Source: Planctomycetales bacterium (GTDB taxonomy: Bacteria > Planctomycetota > UBA11346). From it: a stretch of 36,550 bases of DNA. Where the stretch lies: contig JANYGY010000035.1 in the NCBI GenBank assembly GCA_025362255.1, forward strand, positions 1 through 36,550, written 5' to 3'. How positions within the stretch are numbered: the first letter of the stretch is position 1; the number at the start of each line of letters is the position of its first letter. Positions 25,376 to 36,459 of the stretch are shown here, in pieces. The notes below the pieces were generated by a model. It worked only from the letters and a program-made list of their open reading frames with translations, did not search any database and was not told where the DNA came from. Position numbers and translations under genes: made by a program.

Positions 25376-26089
25376 ATGCAAAAACGCAGCAAGCGCTATC
25401 GCGCGCTGATCGAACTGGCAACCAAGGCTGGAATCGACATCACCGCGCCTCAGCCGGTCTCGGCTGGAATCAGCTGGGTCAAAAAATTATCCAAAGCCAA
25501 GTTTCAAGAGAGCGTCGACCTTGCGGTTCACCTCAACCTTGACACCAAAAAGGCCGATCAGCAGTTCCGTGGCAACTTCTCGTTGCCGCATGGCACTGGT
25601 CGTGCGGTCCGCGTGATCGCCTTCGTCGATGACGGTGACAAGATCAACGCTGCCCTCGCCGCTGGTGCGGTCAAAGCTGGCGGTGAAGACTTGGTCAATG
25701 CGGTCAACGATGGATTCATGGATTTCGATGTGGCGATCGCCACGCCGAAGATGATGCGTTTCGTCGGTAAGCTCGGTAAGGTTCTTGGACCTCGCGGTCT
25801 GATGCCCTCGCCGAAGTCTGGCACCGTCACCGATGACGTCGCCACCGCGGTAAACGAATTCAAGAATGGTAAGATCGAGTACCGTTCCGACGCCGCCGGC
25901 AACGTTCAGGTCAGTGTCGGCAACGTCACGTTCGACGAATCCAAGCTCGCCGACAACATCAATGCTTTCCTGACCCACGTGGTTGAACATCGCCCGTCCT
26001 CGGTGAAGGGTGATTTCATCAAGAACATCACCGTTTCATCGACCATGGGACCGGGCGTCAAGTTGGCATTTGCCACCAAGGAGGCCTGA
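25376..26089 (+). CDS. rplA: 50S ribosomal protein L1
   Basis: 237 aa with ...FQESVDLAVHLNLDTKKADQQFRG..LPHGTG... and GKLGKVLGPRGLMPSPKSGTVT. Confidence 0.97.
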   Translation: MQKRSKRYRALIELATKAGIDITAPQPVSAGISWVKKLSKAKFQESVDLAVHLNLDTKKADQQFRGNFSLPHGTGRAVRVIAFVDDGDKINAALAAGAVKAGGEDLVNAVNDGFMDFDVAIATPKMMRFVGKLGKVLGPRGLMPSPKSGTVTDDVATAVNEFKNGKIEYRSDAAGNVQVSVGNVTFDESKLADNINAFLTHVVEHRPSSVKGDFIKNITVSSTMGPGVKLAFATKEA

Positions 26090-26091
26090 TC

Positions 26092-26646
26092 ATGCCGAGC
26101 TTCATCAATGAACTGATGCTCAAGGAATTGACCAGCGTGGCGAGTAACGCCACCTCGTTGATCCTCGTCGATCACAGCCGCCTGAAATCCGAAGACACCA
26201 TCAAGCTGCGTACCGCCCTGCGTAAGGCCGGTGCCAAGCTCAAGGTGTCCAAGGTGCGTTTGTTGCGTCGGGCGATTCCAGCCTCTGCCGCCAAGCTCAT
26301 CGAGAAATCGAAGGGTTCGGTCGGTGTCATCTTCGCGTCAGACATGGTTGCCGCCGCCAAGGTGGTCGCTGATCTGGCCAAAGAAGACAAGGTCACCGTT
26401 CGCGGTGGACTCATGGATGGCGCGACCCTCGACGTCGCGACCATTAAGCGCATCAGCGAACTGCCCAGCAAGCAACAGCTTCTCGGTATGTTGGTCAACG
26501 TTCTCCAGGCTCCGATTGCCGGGTTTGCCCGCGTCATTGCCGCGATCCATACGCAGCAGGGTGGCTCCGCTCCTGCCGTTGAAGACACCCCAGTTGCTGT
26601 CGAGGCCGCTCCGGCCGTCGCCGGCGACGCAGCTCCGGCTGTCTGA
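26092..26646 (+). CDS. rplJ: 50S ribosomal protein L10 (Ala/Pro-rich C-terminal tail)
   Basis: L10-like sequence and position between rplA and rplL. The AAGGAGG RBS lies inside the rplA 3' end, and the start is 2 nt after the rplA stop. Confidence 0.9.
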   Translation: MPSFINELMLKELTSVASNATSLILVDHSRLKSEDTIKLRTALRKAGAKLKVSKVRLLRRAIPASAAKLIEKSKGSVGVIFASDMVAAAKVVADLAKEDKVTVRGGLMDGATLDVATIKRISELPSKQQLLGMLVNVLQAPIAGFARVIAAIHTQQGGSAPAVEDTPVAVEAAPAVAGDAAPAV

Positions 26647-26709
26647 TTTCTTTTTTCACTATCCAAGCCGTCGTCGAATCGACACGGCCAACTCGCAAGG
26701 AAATATCCC

Positions 26710-27102
26710 ATGAGCGAAGCAGTCGCCAACCCTAAGCTGGCCCAGATCATCGAGACCGTCAAGGCTCTCACCGTGATCGAACTTTCGGACCTCGTCCACG
26801 CCCTCGAAAAAGAATTCGGCGTCTCCGCAGCCGCAGTCGCCGTCTCCGGCGGCGGCGCTGCCGCCCCGGTCGCTGAAGAGGCTCCCACCTCGTTCAAGGT
26901 CACCCTCACTGCCGGCGGTCCGAACAAGATCGCCGTCATCAAAGTGGTCCGCGAGCTCCTCGGCCTCGGCTTGGCAGATGCCAAGGCGTTCGTCGAAGGC
27001 GCCCCCAAGATGGTCAAGGAAGGCATCGAAAAGCCGGCTGCCGAAGAGCTCCTCAAGAAGCTCAAGGACACCGGCGCCGAAGCCAAGATCGAAGGCGTCT
27101 AA
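26710..27102 (+). CDS. rplL: 50S ribosomal protein L7/L12
   Basis: 130 aa with an Ala-rich hinge and the C-terminal domain KIAVIKVVRELLGLGLADAKAFVEGAPKMVKEGIEKPAAEELLKKL. Confidence 0.97.
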   Translation: MSEAVANPKLAQIIETVKALTVIELSDLVHALEKEFGVSAAAVAVSGGGAAAPVAEEAPTSFKVTLTAGGPNKIAVIKVVRELLGLGLADAKAFVEGAPKMVKEGIEKPAAEELLKKLKDTGAEAKIEGV

Positions 27103-27367
27103 GCTTCGTTCCAACATGGCCATCGCTATGCCGCCCTGATCAAAGGGGTGGTGTGCTTTGGCACCTCTGTGACCCCAGCCGACCACACCGGCGCTTGGCC
27201 TTCTGAGAAGAAAGCACAGCGTGGGCAGTCGGCTGGGTTCCTTGTCTCGTATAGGCAAGTCGTTAATCTCCTGACCCTTCCGCTGCCAAACAGGCTGGCT
27301 AGGCGTGTCGTCGCATCTGCGACACCGCTTTCATCGCCGGCCCATTACCGCACCTGAGCAAGCACCC

Positions 27368-30300
27368 ATGCAGATCCGGCACTTCGGCAAGACCCTCGAC
27401 GTCATTCCTGTTCCCAGTCTCGTAAATCTGCAATCGCGCAGCTATGACGAGTTCTTGGATTCGGATGCCCTACCTGAAAAACGCAATCAAGCCAAAGGTC
27501 TTGAATCGATTTTCCGCGAGTTCTTCCCGGTGACCGGGTACGATGACCAAGTGGTCGTCAGCTACCATGGCTATGTGTTCACCAATCCTCAACACAACAT
27601 GGATGAGTGCCGCGATCTCGGCCTCACCTATCAGCGTGGCATCAAGATCAAAATTCGGGTGAGCGGGCCGCAGTTGCCTGAAGTCCTCGAAGAAGATGTC
27701 CACATCGGCTACTTCCCGATCCGCATCGGTGGTGGTGAATTCATCATCAACGGTGCCGAGCGCACGATCGTCACCCAGATCCAACGGTCGCCCGGTGTCG
27801 ACTTCTCGTCCGAGCAGGCGACCTCGGGTCGGCGCATCTACAGTGCGCGCATCATCCCTGAGCGCGGCTCGTGGATCCAGGTCGAGCAGACCTCCAAAGA
27901 CATCCTGCAGATCAAGATCGACAAGAGCGCCAAGGTCGTCGCTTCGTGCTTCCTGCGCGCGATGTCGAAGGATTTCGGCACCACTGACGCCATCATCAAG
28001 GCTTTCTTCGAGACTGAAAAAGTTGCCGTTGGCGGCAAATCCGCCAAGGAAAAGGTTCTCGGCAAGTTGTTAGCTGCCGATGTGATCAACAAGGAGGACG
28101 GAGAAATCCTCGCCAAGGCCACGGAAGTCATCACCGAAGGCGCCTACAACAACTTCAAGGATCTCGGCGTCACCGAGGTCTATATCATCACCAGCCAGGT
28201 GAAGCCTGACGACATCCTGATCAACACGTTGCAACAGGATGAGTCAACCTCGCACGAAGAGGCGCTCCTGCGCATCTATCGCCGTCTTCGCCCCGGCAAT
28301 CCCACCGACGAAGCCAAGGTCCGTGAATTCTTCCAGGACCGCTTCCTCAACGAATCGCGGTACAATCTCGGTGGCGTCGGTCGCTTCCGTATCAACCGCA
28401 AGCTCAAGCTCGAAGGCGAAGCGCGGGTCCTGACGATTCAGGATTACCTCGAAACGCTGAAGTACCTGCTGACCCTGATCCGTAGCAACTCATCCTCGGG
28501 CGAGCTCGACGATATCGATCATCTCGGCAACCGCCGGGTGCGTCCGATCGCCGATCTGCTGTCCGACGAACTGCGCGCCGCGATGCTTAAATTGCGTCGT
28601 GCGGTCAAGGAAAAGCTGAGCCGCGATCTGCAGCAGGAAGACGTCGCCGCGGCGTTGGCTCCGCGCAACCTGTTCAACAATCAGGCGGTCGACAGCGCGA
28701 TTCAGAATTTCTTCCAACGTGGCGAACTGTCACAGGTGGTCGACCAATCGAACCTCCTCAGCCAGTTGACGCACGAGCGCCGTCTGTCGGCCCTTGGACC
28801 TGGCGGTCTCAACCGCAAACGTGCCGGCTTTGAAGTTCGCGACGTGCATACGTCGCATTACGGTCGCATATGTCCGATCGAAACTCCTGAAGGCGCCAAC
28901 ATTGGCCTGATCGTTTCGCTCGCCATCTACTCAGCTGTCAATGAATATGGCTTCCTCACCACGCCTTACCGCAAGGTGGTCAATGGCGTCATCACCGAGG
29001 AGATCCATTACCTGATGGCCGACGAAGAGGCCGAGGCCAAGGTTGCCCAGGCGACCGTGGAGATCGACGCCAAGGGACGCATCAAGGACGACATCGTCCA
29101 AGTGCGTTTCGCCGGTCAGTTCACCGAAGTCGCCGTCGGCGAAGTGACCTACGCCGACGTCTCGCCGAAGCAGATGATCGGCGTCAGCGCCGCGCTGATT
29201 CCGTTCCTTGAGCACGATGACGCCAACCGCGCCCTGATGGGCGCGAACATGATGCGTCAGGCGGTGCCGTTGTTGATTTCGCAGGCTCCGATCGTCGCCA
29301 CCGGCATGGAACGCGAGATTCCCAAATCGTCGTCGATGGTCGTGATCGCCGATGAAGAAGGCAGCGTGTCGTCGGTCGATGCGAAGCAGATCACGATCGG
29401 CTCACGCATCTATCCGTTGCGCAAATATCAGGGCCTGAACGAGCGCACCTGTCTCAATCAGGTGCCGATCGTTCGTCCGGGCGACAAGGTCGCCAAAGGT
29501 CAGATCATCGCCGATGGCGGCGGTACTGATCAAGGAGAGCTAGCACTCGGCAAGAATATCGTCGTCGCGTTCATGCCTTACGACGGCTACAACTTTGAAG
29601 ACGCGATCGTCGTCAACGAGCGTTTGCTCGCCGAAGATCGCTTCACTTCGATCCACATCGAAGAGTTCAAGGTCGAGATCCGCGAGACCAAGCTCGGCAA
29701 GGAAGAGTTCACCCGGGAAATTCCTGGTCGTTCGGAAGAAGCCCTGCGCAATCTCGATGAACGTGGATTCGTCCGCGTCGGTTCGCTGGTCAAGCCCGGC
29801 GACATCCTGGTCGGCAAGGTCACGCCCAAGAACAAATCTGAATTGTCACCTGAAGAAAAGTTGCTGCATGCGATCTTCGGCCGTGCCGGCGAAGACGTGC
29901 GTGACGATTCCCTGGTGATGAAGCCCGGAATCCGGGGCGTGGTCGTGGCCTGCAAGCGGTTCCAGCGCCGCGCAGCATTGACCGAGAAGGACAAGAAAGA
30001 GGAATCAGCGCGGTTGAAAGTCATCGAGGACAAATACGCCTCGCAGATGGCTTCGGTCGCTCGTGAAAAATTCAATCAGATCTGGGAAGTCGCGGGCGGC
30101 ACGGTGGTCAACATCGAGACCGGCGAAGTCGTCGAGTACTCGATCGAGATGTCCGATGATGAAGTCCTCAAGTTGCACGCTGACCTGCAAGTCACGGCGC
30201 TCAACTTCGTCGGCTCGAAACGCCGGCGCGCGCGCGCCATCTATGACGATTTCGATCCGAAGATCGACGAGATCAAAACCGAGTGCGACAAGGAGATCGT

Positions 30301-31207
30301 CAATGCCAAGCGCGGCGATGATCTGCCGACCGGCGTGCTTGAGATGGTCAAAGTCTTCGTGGCGCGCAAGTTGACGCTCAAAGTCGGCGACAAGATGGCC
30401 GGTCGTCACGGCAACAAGGGTGTGATCTCGACGATCGTTCCGGAAGAGAACATGCCGTTCCTACCGGACGGCCGTACCGTGGACATCGTCTTGAATCCGC
30501 TGGGCGTACCGTCGCGTATGAACGTCGGTCAGATCCTCGAAACCCACATCGGCTGGGCAGCTCAGGCTCTTGGCGTGCAGATCGTCACGCCGGTGTTCGA
30601 TGGTGCCGTTGAAGACGACATCTCGGACATCCTGCGCGAAGCTAATCTGCCGGTCGACGGTAAGACCTATCTTTACGATGGTCGTACGGGCGAACGTCAG
30701 CATCAGAAGACCACTGTCGGCGTTATGTACATGCTGAAGCTTCACCATTTGGTCGAAGACAAGCTGCACGCGCGCGCTACCGGTTCGTATTCTTTGATCA
30801 CGCAGCAGCCGCTCGGCGGCAAGGCGCGATTTGGTGGCCAGCGCTTTGGAGAAATGGAAGTCTGGGCTCTCGAAGCCTACGGCGCAGCCCACGTGTTGCA
30901 GGAGATCCTCACGGTCAAGTCGGACGATGTCGACGGCCGCACCCGGATCTACGAAAGCATGGTCAAGGGCGATGGCTCGCTGACCTACGGCACGCCGATG
31001 GCGTTTGAAGTGTTGATGAATGAAATCCGCGGACTCGGTCTCGATATCCGTCTGCATCGCCCGGAAGACATGTCCTTCGATACGGCGCCTACGACCCTCG
31101 ATTTCGGCTCCTTGCCGAAAGTCGACGGCGAAGGACCGGATCAGGATTTCGTCGCCGACGTGCCTGCAGATGCGCAGATCGATTCTGAATCCAGCGCTGA
31201 CAAATGA
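27368..31207 (+). CDS. rpoB: DNA-directed RNA polymerase subunit beta
   Basis: Conserved blocks throughout, e.g. [52 protein letters not shown] and [20 protein letters not shown]. Start ambiguous: ATG 27368 preferred over GTG 27305, which sits in a small hairpin. Confidence 0.95.
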   Translation: MQIRHFGKTLDVIPVPSLVNLQSRSYDEFLDSDALPEKRNQAKGLESIFREFFPVTGYDDQVVVSYHGYVFTNPQHNMDECRDLGLTYQRGIKIKIRVSGPQLPEVLEEDVHIGYFPIRIGGGEFIINGAERTIVTQIQRSPGVDFSSEQATSGRRIYSARIIPERGSWIQVEQTSKDILQIKIDKSAKVVASCFLRAMSKDFGTTDAIIKAFFETEKVAVGGKSAKEKVLGKLLAADVINKEDGEILAKATEVITEGAYNNFKDLGVTEVYIITSQVKPDDILINTLQQDESTSHEEALLRIYRRLRPGNPTDEAKVREFFQDRFLNESRYNLGGVGRFRINRKLKLEGEARVLTIQDYLETLKYLLTLIRSNSSSGELDDIDHLGNRRVRPIADLLSDELRAAMLKLRRAVKEKLSRDLQQEDVAAALAPRNLFNNQAVDSAIQNFFQRGELSQVVDQSNLLSQLTHERRLSALGPGGLNRKRAGFEVRDVHTSHYGRICPIETPEGANIGLIVSLAIYSAVNEYGFLTTPYRKVVNGVITEEIHYLMADEEAEAKVAQATVEIDAKGRIKDDIVQVRFAGQFTEVAVGEVTYADVSPKQMIGVSAALIPFLEHDDANRALMGANMMRQAVPLLISQAPIVATGMEREIPKSSSMVVIADEEGSVSSVDAKQITIGSRIYPLRKYQGLNERTCLNQVPIVRPGDKVAKGQIIADGGGTDQGELALGKNIVVAFMPYDGYNFEDAIVVNERLLAEDRFTSIHIEEFKVEIRETKLGKEEFTREIPGRSEEALRNLDERGFVRVGSLVKPGDILVGKVTPKNKSELSPEEKLLHAIFGRAGEDVRDDSLVMKPGIRGVVVACKRFQRRAALTEKDKKEESARLKVIEDKYASQMASVAREKFNQIWEVAGGTVVNIETGEVVEYSIEMSDDEVLKLHADLQVTALNFVGSKRRRARAIYDDFDPKIDEIKTECDKEIVNAKRGDDLPTGVLEMVKVFVARKLTLKVGDKMAGRHGNKGVISTIVPEENMPFLPDGRTVDIVLNPLGVPSRMNVGQILETHIGWAAQALGVQIVTPVFDGAVEDDISDILREANLPVDGKTYLYDGRTGERQHQKTTVGVMYMLKLHHLVEDKLHARATGSYSLITQQPLGGKARFGGQRFGEMEVWALEAYGAAHVLQEILTVKSDDVDGRTRIYESMVKGDGSLTYGTPMAFEVLMNEIRGLGLDIRLHRPEDMSFDTAPTTLDFGSLPKVDGEGPDQDFVADVPADAQIDSESSADK

Positions 31208-31210
31208 GGT

Positions 31211-31246
31211 GGTCGCCGCCAAAGCCTAACGGCTTTGGCGGCGGTC
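31211..31246 (+). other. 16-bp hairpin in the rpoB-rpoC spacer (processing site or partial terminator)
   Basis: GGTCGCCGCCAAAGCC-TAAC-GGCTTTGGCGGCGGTC (13 Watson-Crick pairs, 2 G-U, 1 terminal pair). Starts 4 nt after the rpoB stop and is followed by pyrimidine-rich CTCCTTCTTTCTTT. Confidence 0.5.
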
Positions 31247-31295
31247 GCGCGTCTCCTTCTTTCTTTACTACCAACGTCACATCGAAGTAGGTCCC

Positions 31296-34200
31296 ATGAT
31301 CGATATCGCCGCTGATCAGACAAACCTCTCTAGCCCAGATTATAACGCTGTCTCCATCCGTTTGGCCTCTCCCGAGGTCATCCGCTCATGGAGTCAGGGT
31401 GAGGTCAAGCGTCCGGAAACCATCAACTATCGTAATTACAAAGCCGAACGCGATGGCTTGTTCTGCGAAAAGATCTTCGGGCCGACCAAAGACTGGGAAT
31501 GCTTCTGCGGAAAATATTCCGGCGTCAAGTATAAGGGTATCGTCTGCGAAAAATGCGGAGTGCTGGTAACCCACAGCCGCGTCCGCCGCGAGCGCATGGG
31601 CCACATCAATCTGGTATCCCCGGTCGCGCACATCTGGTTCTTCAAGACCATGCCGTCGCGCCTGGGCATCCTGCTCGGCATGAAGTCGTCGAACCTGCAA
31701 CAGGTCGTCTACTTTCAGAAGTACATCGTCACTGATCCCGGCACCACTCCCCTTGAGTACATGGAAGTGCTCACTGAAGAGCAGTACCGCAAGGCCAATG
31801 AAAAGTACGGCGACGACTTCAAGGCGATGATGGGCGCTGAGGCCGTTCAGGAGCTGATCAAGCACCTCGACCTCGACAAGCTGATCAGCGATCTGCGCGA
31901 AGAATTGGCCAGCACCAAAGCGAAGCAGAAGATCGAAAAGATCATCAAGCGGCTTAAGCTGTCGGAAGAGCTCAAGTCTTCGGGCAACGATCCGCAATGG
32001 ATGATCCAGACCGTGGTGCCGGTCATTCCGCCAGATCTGCGTCCGTTAGTGCCGCTTGAAAACGGCAACTTCGCGACCAGCGATCTGAACGATCTTTATC
32101 GTCGCGTCATCTATCGTAATAACCGCCTCAAAAAGCTCGTCGAGCTGAACGCTCCTGGAATCATCATCCGCAACGAAAAGCGGATGTTGCAGCAGGCGGT
32201 CGACGCGTTGTTCGACAACGGTCGTTGCCAGCGTGCCGTGTTCGGCTCAGGCAATCGTCCGCTCAAGTCGCTCACCGACATGATCAAGGGCAAGCAGGGT
32301 CGCTTCCGCGAGAATCTTCTCGGCAAGCGCGTCGACTACTCGGCCCGATCAGTCATCGTCGTCGGCCCACGGCTCAAGCTGCATCAGTGCGGTCTGCCCA
32401 AGTCGATCATTCTTGAGCTGTTCCAACCGTTCATCATTCGTGCGCTCAAAGAGCGTGGGTACGCCGAGACGGTCAAGGCCGCCAAGCGCAAGCTCGAACG
32501 CCGCGATGAAGAAGTCTGGGAAGTCCTCGACGACGTGATCCGCGGTCGCGTGGTGATGTTGAATCGCGCGCCGACCTTGCATCGCATGGGCATTCAGGCC
32601 TTCGAGCCGGTGATGATCGATGGCAGCGCCATTCAGCTCCATCCGTTGGTTTGTGCTGGCTTCAATGCCGACTTCGACGGCGACCAGATGGCCGTCCATC
32701 TGCCCTTGTCGATCGAAGCCCAGACCGAAGCCCGCGTCCTGATGTTGTCTACCAACAACATCTTCTCGCCGAGCAACGGCAATCCGATCATCTCTGCCGA
32801 CCAAGACATCGTGCTTGGTTGCTACTTCCTGACCTTGGCGAAAGAAGATCAACCAGGCGAAGGGAAGATTTTCAGCGGCTTTGAAGAAGCCACCATGGCA
32901 CTCGATGCCGGCGTGGTGAATCTCCATTCGCTGATCAAGATCCCATTGTCCAAAGGCACACGCGTCGATGACGGTGGTCCGGTCAAGAAGATGCTCGACA
33001 AGGATCAGCTGATCGAGACCACCGTCGGCCGCTTTGTCTTCAATCATGCCCTGCCCAAGGGCATGCCCTACTACAACAAGCAGCAGGACAAAGGCGGTCT
33101 CCGGCGTGTGATCGCTGACTGTTTCGAATACCTCGATCGCCGCAGCACGATCGTCGTGCTCGACACGATCAAGGAACTCGGCTTCCAGTATTCGACCTTG
33201 TCAGGCATCTCCTTCGCGGCGTCTGATCTCTACGTCCCTGAGGAAAAGGGTGCCGTCGTCGGCGAGGCCGACAAAAAGGCGATGAAGTTCCAGAAGGCCT
33301 ACCAGCGCGGTCTCATCACCGCCTCGGAAAAGCACCGCAATATCGTCGAGACGTGGACTCACGCGGTCGAAGAGTTGTCGGGCAAGCTCATGGAAAAGCT
33401 GCGTGACGACAAACGTCACGGGGCCGATTACATCAACCCGGTGTATGTCATGGCCAAATCGGGCGCTCGCGGCTCGGTTGCCCAGGTTCGTCAGTTGTGC
33501 GGCATGCGTGGTCTGATGGCCAAGCCGAATGGCGAAATCATCGAGACTCCGATTCGCGCCAATTTCCGCGAAGGCCTCAAAGTCCTCGAATACTTTACCT
33601 CGACCCACGGTGCCCGTAAGGGTCTCGCCGATACGGCGCTGAAGACCGCTGACTCGGGCTACCTCACGCGTAAACTGGTGGACGTATCGCAAGACGTGAT
33701 CGTCAGTGAAGTCGACTGCGGAACGGTTGGCGCGGTCACCAAATCGGTCGTCTATGATGGTGACGTGATCAAAGTGTCGCTGGCCGAGGCCATCACCGGC
33801 CGCACCGCTCGCGACACCATTGTCGACATCATCACCGATGAAGTCATTGTCCGTGAAAATGACATCATCCTGTCGGACAAGGCCAAGGCGATCGAAGCCC
33901 TCGGCTTTGAGAAGATCCGCGTGCGCAGCCCACTGACATGCGAAGCCCGCAAGGGCATTTGCATGAAGTGCTACGGCATGGACCGCTCACGCGGCATGGC
34001 TGTCGAACATGGAGTGGCCGTGGGCATTATCGCCGCCCAGTCGATCGGCGAACCCGGCACGCAGCTCACCATGCGTACGTTCCACATCGGTGGTGTGGCG
34101 AATGCGAAGGCCGAAGAAACCAGCTATAAGGCACGTAAGGCCGGTAAGCTGGTCTATGAGAATCTGCGCATCGTGATCAACGGTGCGCGCGAGTCGGTGG

Positions 34201-35435
34201 TCCTCAACCGTAACGGTGAGGTCGCCATCCATGACAAGAACGCCCGCGTCATCGAGCGGTTCAAGGTCCCGGTCGGCTCCAAAATGCTGGTCACCGATGG
34301 TGCTCAGCTCGACAAGGGCCAGTTGATTGTTGAATGGGAAGCTTCGAGCATTCCCATCCTGAGTGATGTCGGCGGCATCGTGCGTTTCGAGCACGTCATT
34401 CCCGAAGTCACGATGCGCGAAGAGCGCGACAACGCGACCGGCATCATTAATCGCATTATCCTTGAAGGTAAGGGTGACCTGCATCCGCAAGTCGTGCTCG
34501 AAGACGATCACGGTAAGCCCATCGCCCATTATCCGGTGCCTGAAAAGGCGACGTTGCGCGTAACCGAGGGCCAGAAGATTCCTGCTGGTACCTTGCTGGC
34601 TTCGACGCCACGCGAGATCGCCGGCACCCATGACATCACCGGTGGTCTGCCCCGCGTGACCGAGCTCTTCGAAGCTCGTCCACCCAAGGATCCGGCGGTC
34701 ATGGCTGAGATCGATGGGGTGGTCGACTTCGGTGAGCGCAAGCGTGGCAAGCGCATCATCGTCATCCGCGGCGATTCAGGCACTGAAGTCGAGCATTCGA
34801 TCCCTCAGGGCAAGCATTACCGCGTCCACAAGGGTGATCGCGTCAAAGCCGGTGATCCGTTGGTCGACGGCGTGCTGGTGCCCAAGGATCTCCTGCGCGT
34901 GGTTGGCGAAGAAGCTCTGCAGGAATACCTGCTGGCCGAAATCCAAGCCGTCTACCGTGCGCAGAACGTGCGCATCGATGACAAGCACATCGAGACCATC
35001 ATCCGTCAGATGCTTCGCCGCATCGACATCAGCGATGCTGGCGACCTGCCTTACCTTCAAGGTCAGCTCGTCGACAAGATCGAGATTCGCGAGGCCAATC
35101 AGCGCGCGATCGCCGAAGGCAAAAAGCCGGCAACCTATGAGGCCAAGCTCATGGGCATCACCCGCGCTGCGTTGCATTCGGAGTCCTTCATCTCGGCCGC
35201 CTCCTTTCAGGAGACGACCAAGGTGCTTGCCGATGCCTCGCTGGCCGGACGCCGCGACGGCCTCCTTGGCCTCAAGGAGAATGTGATTCTCGGCCACCTT
35301 ATCCCGTGCGGCACGGGATTCGGGATCTACAAGACCATCAAGATTGAGAAGAGTGGAAAGCCGGTTGTCATTCCGGAACTCCCCGCTATTGTCCGCCCCC
35401 CCGTTCTGCAGGAGCCCGTAAGTGCCCACGATTAA
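31296..35435 (+). CDS. rpoC: DNA-directed RNA polymerase subunit beta'
   Basis: 1379 aa with the zinc-binding CFCGKY..C.KCGV, the catalytic [12 protein letters not shown], and the [17 protein letters not shown] and [13 protein letters not shown] blocks. Confidence 0.98.
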   Translation: MIDIAADQTNLSSPDYNAVSIRLASPEVIRSWSQGEVKRPETINYRNYKAERDGLFCEKIFGPTKDWECFCGKYSGVKYKGIVCEKCGVLVTHSRVRRERMGHINLVSPVAHIWFFKTMPSRLGILLGMKSSNLQQVVYFQKYIVTDPGTTPLEYMEVLTEEQYRKANEKYGDDFKAMMGAEAVQELIKHLDLDKLISDLREELASTKAKQKIEKIIKRLKLSEELKSSGNDPQWMIQTVVPVIPPDLRPLVPLENGNFATSDLNDLYRRVIYRNNRLKKLVELNAPGIIIRNEKRMLQQAVDALFDNGRCQRAVFGSGNRPLKSLTDMIKGKQGRFRENLLGKRVDYSARSVIVVGPRLKLHQCGLPKSIILELFQPFIIRALKERGYAETVKAAKRKLERRDEEVWEVLDDVIRGRVVMLNRAPTLHRMGIQAFEPVMIDGSAIQLHPLVCAGFNADFDGDQMAVHLPLSIEAQTEARVLMLSTNNIFSPSNGNPIISADQDIVLGCYFLTLAKEDQPGEGKIFSGFEEATMALDAGVVNLHSLIKIPLSKGTRVDDGGPVKKMLDKDQLIETTVGRFVFNHALPKGMPYYNKQQDKGGLRRVIADCFEYLDRRSTIVVLDTIKELGFQYSTLSGISFAASDLYVPEEKGAVVGEADKKAMKFQKAYQRGLITASEKHRNIVETWTHAVEELSGKLMEKLRDDKRHGADYINPVYVMAKSGARGSVAQVRQLCGMRGLMAKPNGEIIETPIRANFREGLKVLEYFTSTHGARKGLADTALKTADSGYLTRKLVDVSQDVIVSEVDCGTVGAVTKSVVYDGDVIKVSLAEAITGRTARDTIVDIITDEVIVRENDIILSDKAKAIEALGFEKIRVRSPLTCEARKGICMKCYGMDRSRGMAVEHGVAVGIIAAQSIGEPGTQLTMRTFHIGGVANAKAEETSYKARKAGKLVYENLRIVINGARESVVLNRNGEVAIHDKNARVIERFKVPVGSKMLVTDGAQLDKGQLIVEWEASSIPILSDVGGIVRFEHVIPEVTMREERDNATGIINRIILEGKGDLHPQVVLEDDHGKPIAHYPVPEKATLRVTEGQKIPAGTLLASTPREIAGTHDITGGLPRVTELFEARPPKDPAVMAEIDGVVDFGERKRGKRIIVIRGDSGTEVEHSIPQGKHYRVHKGDRVKAGDPLVDGVLVPKDLLRVVGEEALQEYLLAEIQAVYRAQNVRIDDKHIETIIRQMLRRIDISDAGDLPYLQGQLVDKIEIREANQRAIAEGKKPATYEAKLMGITRAALHSESFISAASFQETTKVLADASLAGRRDGLLGLKENVILGHLIPCGTGFGIYKTIKIEKSGKPVVIPELPAIVRPPVLQEPVSAHD

Positions 35436-35799
35436 TCAATTGATCCGCAAGGGCCGCGAACAGGCGCCCAACCGTACGAAGAGCCCTCAGCTTGAAGGTA
35501 ACCCCTTCAAGCGCGGTGTCTGCCTTCAGGTGAAGACCATGACCCCGAAGAAGCCGAACTCGGCTTTGCGTAAGATCGCCCGCGTGCGTCTGAGCAATGG
35601 CAAAGAGATCACGGCCTACATCGGTGGTGAAAAGCATAACCTCCAGGAACACAGTCTCGTACTGGTTCGTGGCGGTCGTGTGCATGACCTTCCCGGCGTG
35701 CGCTACCATATCGTCCGTGGCAAACTCGACTGCCAAGGCGTTCAAGGACGCATGCAGTCGCGCTCGTGCTACGGCGCCAAGCGCCCCAAGAAGAAGTAA
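35422..35799 (+). CDS. rpsL: 30S ribosomal protein S12
   Basis: [13 protein letters not shown]...[10 protein letters not shown]...[19 protein letters not shown]. The GTG start has an AGGAG RBS 7 nt upstream and lies 14 nt inside the 3' end of rpoC. Confidence 0.96.
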   Translation: MPTINQLIRKGREQAPNRTKSPQLEGNPFKRGVCLQVKTMTPKKPNSALRKIARVRLSNGKEITAYIGGEKHNLQEHSLVLVRGGRVHDLPGVRYHIVRGKLDCQGVQGRMQSRSCYGAKRPKKK

Positions 35800-35820
35800 T
35801 TCTCTTGGCGGACTGCGCCC

Positions 35821-35854
35821 GTAGGTGAATCGAGCTTATGCTCGATTCACCTGC
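35821..35854 (+). other. strong hairpin in the rpsL-rpsG spacer
   Basis: Perfect 13-bp stem AGGTGAATCGAGC-TTAT-GCTCGATTCACCT (35823-35852), extendable by a G-U and a G-C pair. No following T-tract. Confidence 0.5.
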
Positions 35855-35988
35855 CTGTGGTCCTCTCTTTGCCAGCCAAGCCACTGGCGCACAATTCACC
35901 TGTGCCTCTTTTCTTATCGCAATCTGCGAAGGAAATACAGGGGCGCAAAGTACCTCCGACCTTGATGGTCGGATCCAGGGAAATCTCC

Positions 35989-36459
35989 ATGCATAACGAT
36001 AACTCCATTCCTGAGCAGCTTGACGATCAAGCCGACGTTCAGATGAACGAAGACGGCTCGATCACGCTCGCGCAAAGTGGCACTGCGGCCAAAGGCCCCG
36101 CGCCGATGCAGTGGGTTGGCGGCAGCCTCAAGCCCGACACCCGCTTTGGTTCGCTGGTCATCGCCAAGTTCGTCAATTGCCTGATGTATGACGGCAAGAA
36201 GTCGACTGCTGAAGCGGTCTTCTACACCGCCATGGATCAGATCGCAGACAAGCTGAAATCGGATCCGATGCCGGTTTTCGATCAGGCCATTGAAAATGCC
36301 AAGCCACTGGTCGAAGTCCGTTCGAAGCGCATCGGTGGCGCCAATTACCAGGTGCCCGTTGAAGTGAATCGCAAGCGTCAGCAGACGCTCGCCATCCGTT
36401 GGATCCTTGAGGCGGTCCGTAACCGCAAAGGTCGTCCGACTGCCGAGAAGCTCGCCCAG
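35989..36459 (+). CDS. rpsG: 30S ribosomal protein S7, 3' part missing (reading frame runs into an inverted copy of itself at about 36460)
   Basis: Hand translation of frame 1 gives ...KPDTRFGSLVIAKFVNCLMYDGKKSTAEAVFYTAMDQIADKL...AKPLVEVRSKRIGGANYQVPVEVNRKRQQTLAIRWILEAVRNRKGRPTAEKLAQ, a clear S7. The ORF is absent from the track because it has no stop before the window end. Start uncertain (ATG 35989 with AGGGAA RBS; alternatives 35965, 36043, 36106). Confidence 0.85.
36216..36310 (+). repeat. left arm of terminal inverted duplication (inside rpsG)
   Basis: Its reverse complement matches 36456-36550 at 92 of 95 positions (position x pairs with 36766-x). Confidence 0.9.

Noticed and set aside
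26172-27086. 304-aa minus-strand ORF over rplJ/rplL
   Set aside because: Antisense to two ribosomal protein genes and the spacer between them. It is Ala/Ser/Thr-rich mirror sequence.
27103-27304. rplL-rpoB attenuator/terminator
   Set aside because: An attenuator is expected by analogy with E. coli. I could only find short, imperfect stems (for example GTGC-TTTG-GCAC) with no T-tract, which is not enough to annotate.
27305-27367. GTG 27305 as the rpoB start (track ORF 27305-31207)
   Set aside because: Not excluded, but the extra 21 residues (MSSHLRHRFHRRPITAPEQAP) are not RpoB-like. The GTG also sits inside a small hairpin (GTGTCG..CGACAC), so ATG 27368 is preferred. The product call is unaffected.
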